From: Marsupella aquatica
Lineage: Eukaryota > Plantae > Marchantiophyta
Assembly: GCA_973895155.1 (NCBI GenBank)
Contig: OZ316898.1
Location: 14,724,330 to 14,788,329 of the forward strand
Length of the DNA: 64,000 nucleotides
Direction of reading: 5' to 3'
Below the pieces are notes generated by a model. The model made no database searches and had not been told where the DNA came from. It saw nothing but the letters and a program-made list of their open reading frames with translations. A program made the translations under genes and the position numbers. The first letter of the stretch is position 1. The number at the start of each line of letters is the position of its first letter. Below, piece after piece: positions 1 to 11,970 of the stretch.

Positions 1-456
1 GTGGGATTAGTCACCCAACTGGCCACCACTGTCAACGTGAGCTCTCTCCTTATGTTCCGAGGTGTGAATGAGAATTGTTGGTTCTCCAGAAACAGAAGCT
101 TAGCTAACTCCACATGGGCCACTACCCGTTGGAGACATTCAAAGTAGATTCCTTCCGTACGTAACTCCATCCCGGCCTCAATGTTCCAACTCTTCCCCGA
201 AGGGATTGTAATCTCCACCTTCGTGAGCCCGGTGGCTTGAAAATATTCCTACAATCCTCCATCACCTTGGCGGAGGTTTTGGGATAAATTCGACGAAAAC
301 CTTCCTACTCACCGGTGCGGAACTTGCCGCCAGTCCAGTACTCATCGTAGCTTCTCTCTCTTCTCTCTCTCTTGCAATCAATGTCTCAATGTAGTCACGG
401 TAAGCAGCCTTGTATCTCCGAATGCGTGCCGCACTAAACTCTGGTTGATCCAGCAT
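1..456 (-). pseudogene. Frameshifted 5' part of the LTR-internal accessory ORF of element A
   Basis: MLDQPEFSAARIRRYKAAYRDY... is nearly identical to the N-terminus of the 618-aa ORF of C. The frame breaks near 295, and nucleotide homology continues to position 1. Confidence 0.88.
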
Positions 457-884
457 CCATGCATCCAGAAATCAAATCCTCAATCACCAAATCCCGTCAC
501 CCGTAGCAATGTCAATTCCCTGGCCCGAAACGGCCCCCGTATCCTGATCAATCAATTACCCTCAATTCCCTCAGAAGCCACTCCGTGCTGCTGCCGCTAA
601 TGCCCGGAGAAATCATGCCAACAAGCCCCAACAATTGACCATGAGAAAGGGCTTCTAGAATAATTGCAAAATGTGGAGAGAGCTTTCGGCAAGAGTTGAG
701 AGAGAGCCCAAGTTTTTGCTTTCGGCAATGAGTTGGTCTTGCAAAAGAGAGGAAGTGAGAAAATAGGAAGCAAAAAAAGGAACCCTCGTGGCTCCTCTGC
801 TAATTTTCCCTCACGGCTGTGCCTTGCTTACGCCCTTAACTCACAACTGCGCCTTGCACCCCGACACCCTTTACTCCTCCTCGC

Positions 885-1204
885 GGCTGCCCCTCGCTTA
901 CGCCCCGGCAGCCCCTTTTGGGGCTCCGCCTACTCGCGGGGCAGCCCTCCATCTCGCGCCTGCTGCCTCCCAACTTGCGGGCACGCAGCCTTACGCTGGG
1001 CCCTCCACCTGGCGCCCCACGGCTCGTGGGCTCCTCCTCCCCGACTGCCCCTTGCTTATGCCCCGGCAGCCCCTTTTGGGGCTCCGCCTACTTGCGGGGC
1101 GGCCCTCCGTCTTGTGCCTGCTGCCTCCCAACTTGCGGGCACGCAGCCTTACGCTGGGCCCTCCACCTGGCGCCCCACGGCTCGCGGGCTCCTCCTCCCC
1201 GGCT
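885..1204. repeat. GC-rich 158-bp direct duplication (2 copies) in the LTR of A
   Basis: gccccggcagccccttttggggctccgcctac... occurs at 902 and 1060. Confidence 0.9.
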
Positions 1205-1487
1205 GACTCCGCCATATTACACCGGGGCCAAGAAAAACTGCCAGGGTCTCCAAATATTAATGGGTGGTATCCCCTTAAGATGCCTAATTTTCTTCTCCCA
1301 CAATGACAAGACCCAAAAGAGCAAAGGGTCAATTAAAAAAATAGTTCCTCCCGGGTTCAAATAGCTCCGGCCCTCCAGAGCAACATGAACACACACCGGG
1401 ATGATTAACTTTTAAGAAATTAAAACAAAATTGAAAAACTCTTGTGTATATTGGCTTATTTATTTACATGCATCTTGCCAATAACAC

Positions 1488-4400
1488 CTAATGGTGACTT
1501 TTCGAGACGGGGACCCCGTCACATAGCTCCTCTCTTAATTGCGAAGCGCCCCCGTGAGCACCATACTCCTCCGTGTAGTACTTCTTCAGGCGTTCTTGAT
1601 TAATCCATGTGTTGAGTAGTTGCCCTTCCAGCGTCTTGAGCTGAACTGACCCATTGGAGTAGACTGCATCGACCATGTAGGGCCCCATCCAATGTGTATG
1701 TAGCTTCCCCGGGAAATGCATGAAATGACTGTCGTAGAGGAGCACCAAATCTCCCTCCTCAATGGACACACGGCGGAGATGGGAATTGTAGTGTAACTTC
1801 CGTTTGCCTTGCTGTTGCTCCGTGCGCGTCAAAGCCTCCTCTCGTACCTCCGTAAGTTGCTCCAACTGTTGGATCCATGCAGCTACACTACTTTCTTCCC
1901 CTTCCCTTTCTCGTATTAAGATTCAAATGGTGGGAACCTCAAATTCCACCGGCACAAGAGAGTGTTGACCAAACACAAGGAAGTAGGGGTTGTGGCCAGT
2001 GGTGGTCTTGTGAGCCAGGTTGTAGGCGTACGTAGCAGGCAGCAACTTCAAATCCAATCCGTCTTGTGAGCTGATACCGTCTTATTAAGGATCTTGCCCA
2101 TGATCCCATTTGCTCTCTCCGTGAGCCCATTGGCTCGTGGATGGTACGGAGTGGTTTTCCTATGTGAGATCAAGTAGTTCCGTCAAACGCTCAATCGTAT
2201 GATTGAGAAAGTGAGTACCCCTGTCACTCACAAGCTCCAAGGGTGGCCCAAACTGTATGAAAATCTGATCGTACAAGAACCGTGCAGTGGTGTTGGCATC
2301 ATCCTTTGCTGTTGCCCTGGCCTCCACCCACTTGGTGGCATAGTCCGTGGCCAATATGATATAGCGTTTCCTCCCCCTCCGTGTAATGGGAGTAAAGGGA
2401 CCAATGAAATCAACCCCCACTTCTCAAATGGTGCAAGGGGAAGTATGGGCACCAATGGGTGTCGGGAGGAGGGCCCTGGTTTGCCTTGGTGTTGGCAGGG
2501 GTCACATCTTTGGATGTAACGGTGTACATCTCGACAAAGAGTTGGCCACCAATATCCAGCATCTAGTATCTTCCTTGTTGTGGTCTCCCGTGCGAAGTGG
2601 CCACCAGCTTCCTCCTCATGTAGTGCCGCCATGACTGTACGTATCTCAGCCTCCTCCAAACAACGACGAAGGCGTCCATCCATCCCATACTTGTGAAGTA
2701 CTCCCTTCACAAGCAAGTAGGGCCCCATTTTATGTAAGAACACTGCAGCACGTTCTGGACCCAACCGCAATGGAACCTTGGCCATACAGAGAAATTCAAG
2801 AATTTCTCCATACCAAGTAGTGGACTCCGTAGTCACCTTGAAGACTTCCTCATCGGGAAAACGATCATCAATCTCATGGGAGTCAGATGCTCCCTCAATA
2901 CGGGAGAAGAAGTCCGCATTGTTGTGACTCTTCCCAGATCTCACCCTCACCTCATAGTTGAATTGCTGCAATAATAGAACCCAACGTGCAATTCTCCCCG
3001 ACAAGTCTGGCTTGTTGACCATGTACTTCAAACTATTGTGATCCGTGTGGAACACAACCTTGTAACCCAGCAAATAATGACGATACTTCTTACAAGCGTA
3101 AATGATACCAAGAGCCTCCCTATCGGTGGGTGAGTAGTTCTTCTGTGCCGGGGCCAACTGCCTACTGGCAAAGTAGATGGGATGATCCCTCCCATCATCA
3201 TCCAATTGACTCAAGATGGCACCGATGCAAAATCCTGATACGTCTACGTAAACATGGAACTCCTTATTCCAATTGGGCGTAATGAGTACGGGAGCCTCTA
3301 GCAAACGTTTCTTCAATTCATCAAAAGCAGCCTATCGGGATGGAGTAGGTTCAAATTCACTTCCTTTCTTCAACATGGAGGTGAGTGGCATGGCTACCTT
3401 GGCAAAGTCTTTGATGAAGCGTCGATAGTAGCCCACACACCCCAAGAACCCTCTCACTTCCTTCACGTTCTTGGGAAACGAGACTACTACCCACACGGCC
3501 ACCTTCTCACGATCAACTTCAATCCCACGAGCAGACACCTTGTGGCCCAATAGGATCCCCTCCTTAATTCCAAAGAAAAATTTCTCAGGATGCAGCTTCA
3601 AGCAAGTCTCCCGACCCCCCGAAAAGTCAACCGTAAGTGTTCAGGGTGCTTGATTCGTTTGTCGTAGACAGCAAAGTCATCAATAAAGATCTCCAAGAAC
3701 CTCCATAAAAAGTCATGAAATATATTCATCATGAGTCGCTGGAACATGCCAGGGGCATTGCACAACCCAAAAGGCATTCTACGGAATGCAAAAATCCCCC
3801 ACTCCGTAGTGAAAGCCGTCTTGAGTTGATCCTCCTCCCGTATCCAGATCTGATTGTATCCGGAGTAGCCATCTAGGAAGCTGTAAATCTCCCAACCCGC
3901 TACCATATCTAACATGATATCAGTAAACGGCAGCGGGTAGTGATCCTTCTTGGTTGCGTCATTCAGCTTCCGAAAGTCTTGGCATACCCGTATCTTCACC
4001 TTGCCGTCTGGCCCCTTCGTCTTGGGCACAATCACGATGGGTGATACCCACTCACTATGCATGACCGGATAAATGAATCCTGCATCCAACAGCCGGTCAA
4101 TCTCTTCCTTCACCATGAGTGAGTACTTGGGATTGAGGCGGTATTGGCGTTGCCTCACCGGCCGTGCTCCTGACATCAAGTCAATGCTGTGCTCACCAAA
4201 TTCGGGTGGCACTCCCTTTAAATCTTGGTGGCTCCACGCAAATACATCTTGGTACTCCTTTAACAATTCTTGAATCGTACGTTGCTCCGTAGTATCCAAC
4301 TTGCTACCAATGTTGAGTGTCTTGCCCTCACCCACTTCCACCTTTGTGTATTGCTCCGGCCTGATCACGTCCAGCTTGTTGCGTGTCTCCTCATCAAAGG

Positions 4401-4746
4401 TCTCCTCCAGCCGTGCAAGCCTCATCCCTCCATACACAGGTGCATCACTCTCCTCTTGGTCTGGCCGGGTTGGGGATGGATCTTTTGTCACATGGGCCAT
4501 CATTTCTTCAACGTCAGATTCTTTGTAATGTGACAGTAGCTCCTCTCTAAATTCTTCATCCAAGAGGTCATTCAACCACTCCTCCCTGCGATCATCGTCA
4601 AATAGGATGGCTTGAGCTTCCTGCCTCTCCTCTTCAGTTCGATCCTCCTCCTGAGTTTCAACAAGCTGGGCCACTGGTGGTGTAGGTGGCTCTTCTCTGG
4701 TTTCCTTCTGCACAACACAACCTTGGTCAAGTGGTACTTCCGTAAG
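1488..4746 (-). pseudogene. pol: pol pseudogene of A (reverse transcriptase, RNase H, integrase)
   Basis: RT motifs MPFGLCNAP and FIDDF; RNase H VYVDVSGFCIGAIL; integrase GGHF...CDPC, WGVDFIGP, SDRGTHF, WMGPY. Split over several frames, with nonsense changes such as CAG>TAG at ~3332. Confidence 0.95.
1527..1536 (-). promoter_or_regulatory. Polypurine tract of element A
   Basis: AAGAGAGGAG on the minus strand, 3 nt before the LTR start TGTGAC. Confidence 0.8.
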
Positions 4747-4780
4747 ATCACAGTATTCATTAAAACTGGAAATTTAAAAG
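4747..4780 (+). repeat. Left TIR of element S
   Basis: 22 of the first 25 nt match the reverse complement of the right end. Confidence 0.85.
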
Positions 4781-5201
4781 TCCAGATTGTGATCCTCAAA
4801 TTTACATTCTTGTCTCTAAAAAGTCCATTAATTTTGCTCCAAATAAACAATTTTTCAAGACTAAATATACACTCTTTTTGGTTTAAAATTACACTTTTGC
4901 ACTCCAAATTTGATTTTAATCAATTAATCATAATACAGAAATTATTAATATTAATTGTATTTGAAATTAAATAGATAAGTGACAAACATGTATCATTTGG
5001 TCAAAAACTCATGATTAAATTCAAAGTGAGATTAATCATCTCATTTATCATAACATATATTCAAGGTTGGCTAGCCATAATGTCGATCCTACTCCAATGG
5101 TCAAGCTAGTGTAAAGTCCAAAGTAGTTCTATGACCTGTGAAATAGAAAAATGATTGCATGACTCCAATCTTGTGTCCTACAATGTACAGAAACATAATG
5201 A

Positions 5202-6274
5202 TTAATCATCTAAATTTTCAAATTCTATGCCTCCATGAATATGTCTACATGACTGATTTGAACAAGTGAGTCGCTCTCCATTTGGGTCATATAGTCTGTC
5301 ACGAGTGCAAGTGTCTTTGGGATAACGGTTTTTAAACTTAGAGGTGAGATCCCTAGTCTTTAGAACTTCCCAGACAAATCGGCGAGGATTTTCTCTGAAG
5401 GGACCTGCATAAGACTCGCCCAAACAGTTGTTGACCACATCTTTCATATCATCTTCGGTCAGGTTCTCAAATGTAGGGTAGGATTGTACCATATCCCTCA
5501 CTTCCCAACATATCTCATCTCCAGTGACATCCAAGATGGTATACTCAATCTTGGAACGCCAAATCTTACTTCCCCACTTATGGGAAAGTAAATCATAGAT
5601 TGCAGCATTACTTTCACGGTCATCATTTATATTAACAAATGACCAAAGTGGATTGTTGACAGATATATATTGTCGGATGTCATAAGCCTTCCACAATTTT
5701 CTAAGGAATGGCCAAAGTATCTCTGGTAGAAAAGTGTCACTCTCGGCAATGTGTGAGAAGGGAGTTGGGAACAAACCACTATACTGTGGATTTGCAAAAG
5801 CCTTCACTGGAGAGTCATCAATAAGTAGAGTGTTTGTATCATCATACTTGTCTCCAAAATGACTCCACACCACACGCAAATCCTTCAACATAATATTTGC
5901 TTTCCCATCTGCTACGTCCGGTCTTTTTATGCCAGTATCAAAAGCATCTTCTTGTGTGAAAACAAATTTAAATTGCCTCCGCTCCTCTTCTTTGAAAATC
6001 AAATTCATCATTTCATTAGTTCTTGGCCTCCCCGCACAAGTCCACAATGCGACATCAAAACCTTTGAAAGCCACCTCCAAAAATTGGTGCAACCCTGGCC
6101 TTTCCACGTACATGAAATTGAATCCACCCCGTCTCCCCCAATGCACACCCCGCACAGTTGTTGTAGATCTTAACGGTCCCGAGCTTTTTGTTTTGATGCA
6201 ATCCCAACAAATTTTGTTCAGGTCCAAAATCAAGAGTTTTCTTCTTATATCAGAGTGCAATTTAGGAGTGAAAT
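5202..6274 (-). CDS. FCP1/NIF-family HAD phosphatase-like domain (probable last exon of the S cargo gene)
   Basis: KLLILDLNK, ERPGLHQFLE, FDVALWT, KDLRVVW and NTLLIDDSPVKAFANP are NIF/FCP1-homology motifs. The ORF lacks an ATG and follows a ttgcag acceptor. Confidence 0.85.
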
Positions 6275-7121
6275 CTGCAAAGATCCAAATGAATCAAAAT
6301 TATATCTAAAAGATATAAAAGAAGAACTTAGGGTCGAACCTGGATCGACCCAACCTAATGGGGAAAACAAACATATCATTTTTGAATGTCAAAGCATTTT
6401 GATATATCAATGTAGAAGTACCTTGCTCAAATGCTTTGTCTTGGACCAGGGTACCGCTTGCTGAAGGTAGACCAATAATATCCTTCGATGGAAGAGATGC
6501 TATGACAAAACTTTGGTCTGTCCATATATGATTTCCAAACATAATATTTTAGATTATTGTGAAAAATAGAATAACGAAACCATAATATTAACCTCCACTA
6601 CTAAATGACCCATATTCATCTATCATTTTATCACCTAGATCACTTTGGATATCAGAATTGACGCCAACAGGAAGCTGCTCCACCAACGTTGGCGGCGCAA
6701 ACACTGGACTCAATCTCAATTTGTCTATTATGTAATCAGGTTTGACCATTAACTTAGGCGCATCCTCCAACGTTTCTTTCAATCCAACTTTAGGTTCATT
6801 TCTCCAAATGAAATGACTTGCATGACGGACTGTCTTCATATATCCTGTTCTACCTATCTCAGATCCAGACTTTTGAGACAAGCGTAATATTATGGGGCTT
6901 CCGCTTGACATCCTTGTGAAGACCAATTTATTCCCTGATGAACAAAATTGAGGAGACTCGGAACAAGTTGAAGCACCTGCCTCTTCAGCTTCAACATTTG
7001 TTGTCTCTCCAAGTGGAAGGTTGTCTTCAATCGCTTCTGCAATACCAACTTGTAGGTCCGTGGTGGGTGTAGTGGCCCCAATATTCTGCCAACCTGCATC
7101 CAATGTGCACGATACCTGCGG

Positions 7122-8876
7122 TCACTCGGGATGCAATTTTGATACTTCAGGGTTGAGAGGATTTGAGGGAGGGTCGCTCTCAGGGTGACCCGACATCACT
7201 ATGTCGAGTTGAGGTAGCCCTTCAACACCGTAGGTAGTAATGCCAACCATTTCTGTTGCTCGAGCATCCCAATTTCTGCCAAAATCCTCCTCTACCATAG
7301 GACTTGAACCTCCATCATCATGCTGCAACTCACCATCCTCAAGGTCAACTCGCTGAGGGCCCGGTTGGGGGTTGTCCATAGGCCCGCAAAGAACACTTAG
7401 ATGAGCTCTCCTAGGACCATGTACTCCCATCCGCTCTTTCATAAGGGAGGGAATGCTGTTGCACAAAACCCTTGCATATGCTTGGGTGAAATGGTGTTCT
7501 TGCAAAGTGTCTGAATAGACAAAACAATCTCGGTATGCCAACAAGGCCACCTTCAAAACCTGCCCTCCTGAAAAAAAATCGAGGACAGTCTCCCCCTCAC
7601 CGGAAAAACATTCAATAATATTTTTGAGCATGTGTCGGGGCTTGGCATGTGGATTGACAAATCCTCCTCAACTTCCGACCATCTCAAACATTGGAGCTTG
7701 CCGCAATAAATCTGCCATATCAAATGCGGGAGACTGCTCCTCTGTCTCATTCTCTTTTCCCTTGCTTTTCTCTTGCTTGTCAGCCTTCACTTCAATATTG
7801 AAATCACAGTCAACATCGGGGTGAAAACTAAATTTTGAATTGAACTCTGGCTTAAACAATTGATTCCAATCAAAATTGTCTTCACCTGTAATTCCAGCAA
7901 AAATGACCTGCTCAATCGCTCCTGTAAAAATTAAGCCCTGCGGATTTGGGCGATCTTCCCGATCATAACTCCCGTATTCAACATGGATGGCCAAATGCTT
8001 TTCATGTCCTAATTTCCTTAGGGCACTTAAGATGTTGGCTGGAAGTGGCCCTGGATGAGTAGTCATGACAACTACAATGGTTGTATTCCTTGGCAACTCC
8101 ACAATATATTGGAGCAATACAAAAATTTCCGAATCTGTCCATTCATGTTGTCGTGCCCTACTAAAATCAACAATTGCAAGTGGACACATTGGCGTCGCCT
8201 CTTCCAATAACTCTGGCGTGGTTGTCTTCATTAGATTCTCACTGAAGAACGTCAAGAAAGGCTCTGTTCGTGTGCGCCCAACTCCACCAAATTGTTTGCA
8301 GTACAACCCGTCTAATCTCACCATTAGACTTTGAGGGAAAGCCTCCTTCACAATGTTCTTCCTTAATAAACTGCTAAGGTAGACCTCCCCAGCTGCTCTT
8401 CGCAATTTTGTCAGCTCAAGTTGAGATCCCAAGGCCGGCATGATGTTGACCACCGAAGCCCACGATGTCCCCCCAGGAAACTTCTCCTTGTGCTTCTCAA
8501 CAAAGTACTCAACAATGACTTGCTTCAATTTAGTCATTACCTTGATGGTATGAGCCATATCTGGCATTGACACCAGATCCATCTTGTTGGAGGCATCTTT
8601 CTTGAGAAGTGCTTTCTTCTCATAAACTACGGTCAATATATCAATGATATCCTTAGAACTGATCTCCCCTTCAAAACATCTAAAAAGAGTTGGCGTGACC
8701 AGCTTTAGTGGCCGCGGCCCACCATACTCTCCTGCCCCGCCAGGGAGCTTCCCTGCCAACCAATCCCAACAAACAGTTTGCCATAAATGGAAAAGCTTAT
8801 CCTCAGCAAAGAGCAACCAAAAAATGGCTTTCAAGCTCGACTTTCCCATTGTTATCTTTGCGAGGGCAAACCAATC
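7122..8876 (-). CDS. Exon with an N6-adenine/N4-cytosine (beta-class) methyltransferase-like domain, catalytic motif degenerate
   Basis: Reading through the TGA at 7668 gives VNPHAKPRHMLKNIIECFSGEGETVLDFFSGG..VALLAYR, matching motifs X and I (HPxxKP...GDxVLDxFxGSG). The expected DPPY position appears as LAIVDFSR. Confidence 0.7.
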
Positions 8877-9088
8877 CTGCATTTACATTCATCCACCAAA
8901 AAACATGTTAGATGTTTAAACTTAGAAACTTCAACTTCTCTGCCTCGCTCCTAGAGCGAGGCGAAGAAAATGACAAAGCCATATGAAAATGGTTGGGGCA
9001 ATCATTGTATTCATCATTCAATTTCATTTGGGTCGCTCTAAGAGCGAGGCAAAATTAAACTACAGTTCCAACTAATGAAAATGTTTAC

Positions 9089-10105
9089 CTGGTATTTCTG
9101 GTTGTCTGTACTTTGGTTTGTTCCAATTCCTGGACGCGGTGGTTTCCCACATTCATCAAATTGCCTTCTCGCATGAACAACTGTCTCTAGAAAACAAGAC
9201 TTAAACTGCATGGTCTGATTTACTGCATTTGAAAGGCTCGAGTGCTCGACCAAAATTGCCCTTGGAGTGAGGTCTGATAAGATCCTCGCTTTCCGATATT
9301 GGAGTTTGCTAGCAAGATCAGTTAGCTTGGCATCCTTGTCTGCCCACCCTTGAATCCATTGTGCCGCCTTTGCGGAATGTTGCCCACTGATTGCAAGAAA
9401 TTGTATCTCTTGCTTCTTAACACCAAACAAAAATTGCTTCCGATCGCGTGCGGTATTGTCAAAATGTAACAACTGCTTAGTGCGCTCTAGAAATGGAATC
9501 AAATCTGCAACATGTGGTTCCTGGCCAGGGTTTTTCATCATTGATTTTTCTATCTCTAAGGCATGAGCCTGGTTGAACATCCGATACACAAAAACTGCAG
9601 TAGGCGGAAGAATACTTTTAACCGGGATTTCAAAAACCTCCCTGATTCCAAAAGTGTAGTATTGCTCGATGTTCCGCAAAGCTTTCTGCCCCTCCAATAC
9701 ATCTCGTTCCTCTGGTGCATCTGTTGGGCATGTATCATCCTCCGGATCCAAGACCAACCTTGCTTTTGACGCTGACACGGGCTTTGATTTTCCAATCTTG
9801 GCCTTCTTCTTGGGCTTCTTGTCGGAGTCCTTATCTTTCTTCTTCAACGCCGCCTTTTTTCCTCTAGTACTTCCTTCACTCCTTGGCTCTCTTTGTTTTC
9901 TCTTCTTTTGTGTTTCAGCCGACGTCATTTCTTTGGCCTTCATCTTCATCTTCCCCTTACCTCGATGCTTTTCTTCCTTCTTCTTTTGAGTTGAAATCCA
10001 CTTCATGCAAGCATCTTCGTCAAACTCATCAGAGAAAATAAAACTCTTATCAATTGCTTTCTCATATGAAAAGCGTGTTGTTTCAATCATCCTCTGGACA
10101 ACCAT
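9089..10105 (-). CDS. Exon with a lysine-rich (NLS-like) region and a ParB/Sulfiredoxin-like domain
   Basis: FEIPVKSI...RMFNQAHALEIEKSMMKN...FLAISGQHSAKA fits the ParB-N pattern (I.G.HR..A, here with R replaced by S). Confidence 0.6.
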
Positions 10106-10710
10106 GTGTTAGGAAGATCTATAAGGTCCGGATGATCATGCATGTACCGCTTCACAGAGAGGAATCCAAAGACAACATCAACCCCACTCAATTTGAATCT
10201 TCCATGCCTCTCAAGAACATCCTCTGCAGTGAACCCATCTGGAAGAAATCCCATTGAACAAATACTAGCCTCCGAGCGTGCTATCCACTCCACGTTGATA
10301 ATTGACGAGTACATCTTGATTGGCAAGTAAAGTCTCATCCACTGAGATCTTTCTCTGGATTCAATAATGATTGTAACATTGCGGTTATCACTGCAATTTA
10401 CAAGGACCACAGGGCCCAACGCAACTATCTTCTTGTCATTCATTGTCTCAGCAGTGATTGCCTTGATACAAATCATCGACAAGTCATTCTCCATGATCCC
10501 TACTTCAAGTGCCCACGAAAATCCTGCCTTATCTTGTCCAGGGAAGATAAAGTCCTTGACATCCTCGGCCATAATATTTAACTCTGGGGATCCAAGTTGT
10601 TCTCCTGGAAAAACAAATTGAAACGACAAACATTAAAGCAAGAGATCTTCTGTGTTGCCTCGCCCCTAGAGCGAGCTGGAGACAAGGTCTGCATCAACAA
10701 ACATGTGGGT

Positions 10711-11970
10711 TGGGTCACTCCTGGAGCGACCCTAGGAAAACTTAAATCAAGGTCCAACCAACAACAAATTTGGATCGCTCCTGGAGCGACCCTAGGAAAA
10801 CTTAAATCAAGGTCCAACCGACAACAAAGTTGGGTCGCTCCTGGAGCGACCCTAGGAAAACTTAAATCAAGGTCCAACCAACAACAAATTTGGGTCGCTC
10901 CTGGAGCGACCCTAGGAAAACTTAAATCAAGGTCCAACCGACAACAAAGTTGGGTCGCTCCTGGAGCGACCCTTGGAAAACTTAAATCAAGGTCCAACCA
11001 ACAACAAATTTGTGTTGTTCCTGGAGCGACCCTAGGAAAACTTAAATCAAGGTCCAACCGACAACAAAGTTGGGTCGCTCCTGGAGCGACCCTAGGAAAA
11101 CTTAAATCAAGGTCCAACCAACAACAAATTTGGATCGCTCCTGGAGCGACCCTAGGAAAACTTAAATCAAGGTCCAACCGACAACAAAGTTGGGTCGCTC
11201 CTGGAGCAACCCTAGGAAAACTTAAATCAAGGTCCAACCAACAACAAATTTGGGTCGCTCCTGGAGCGACCCTAGGAAAACTTAAATCAAGGTCCAACCG
11301 ACAACAAAGTTGGGTCACTCCTGGAGCGACCCTTGGAAAACTTAAATCAAGGTCCAACCAACAACAAATTTGTGTCGCTCCTGGAGCGACCCTAGGAAAA
11401 CTTAAATCAAGGTCCAACCGACAACAAAGTTGGGTCGCTCCTGGAGCGACCCTTGGAAAACTTAAATCAAGGTCCAACCAACAACAAATTTGTGTCGCTC
11501 CTGGAGCGACCCTAGGAAAACTTAAATCAAGGTCCAACCGACAACAAAGTTGGGTCGCTCCTGGAGCGACCCTAGGAAAACTTAAATCAAGGTCCAACCA
11601 ACAACAAATTTGGGTCGCTCCTGGAGCGACCCTAGGAAAACTTAAATCAAGGTCCAACCGACAACAAAGTTGGGTCGCTCCTGGAGCGACCCTTGGAAAA
11701 CTTAAATCAAGGTCCAACCAACAACAAATTTGTGTCGCTCCTGGAGCGACCCTAGGAAAACTTAAATCAAGGTCCAACCGACAACAAAGTTGGGTCGCTC
11801 CTGGAGCGACCCTAGGAAAACTTAAATCAAGGTCCAACCAACAACAAAGTTGGGTCGCTCCTGGAGCGACCCTAGGAAAACTTAAATCAACGTCCAACCA
11901 ACAACAAAGTTGGGTCGCTCCTGGAGCGACCCTAGGAAAACTTAAATCAATGTCCAACCAATAACAACGA
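10711..11970. repeat. 60-bp tandem array, 21 units, with alternating A/B variants (120-bp higher order); each unit holds the palindrome GGGTCGCTC-CTG-GAGCGACCC
   Basis: Exact 60-nt periodicity is visible line by line. CCAACCAACAACAAATT alternates with CCAACCGACAACAAAGT. The array lies in predicted intron 1 (10605-12022). Confidence 0.97.

Larger units (their letters stand above)
1..1523 (-). repeat. 3' LTR of element A (partial, runs off the window start)
   Basis: Minus strand reads AAGAGAGGAG-CTA-TGTGACGGGG, the same PPT/LTR junction as element C (32493-32511). Positions 1-~780 are homologous to the C LTR. Confidence 0.88.

Noticed and set aside
733-1364. Overlapping Pro/Ala/Gly-rich ORFs
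   Set aside because: GC-rich duplicated LTR sequence open in many frames; not conserved in the C LTR.
10711-11970. CRISPR-like array (palindromic repeat at regular spacing)
   Set aside because: The sequence between palindromes is itself repeated, so there are no unique spacers. There are no cas genes and the context is eukaryotic.
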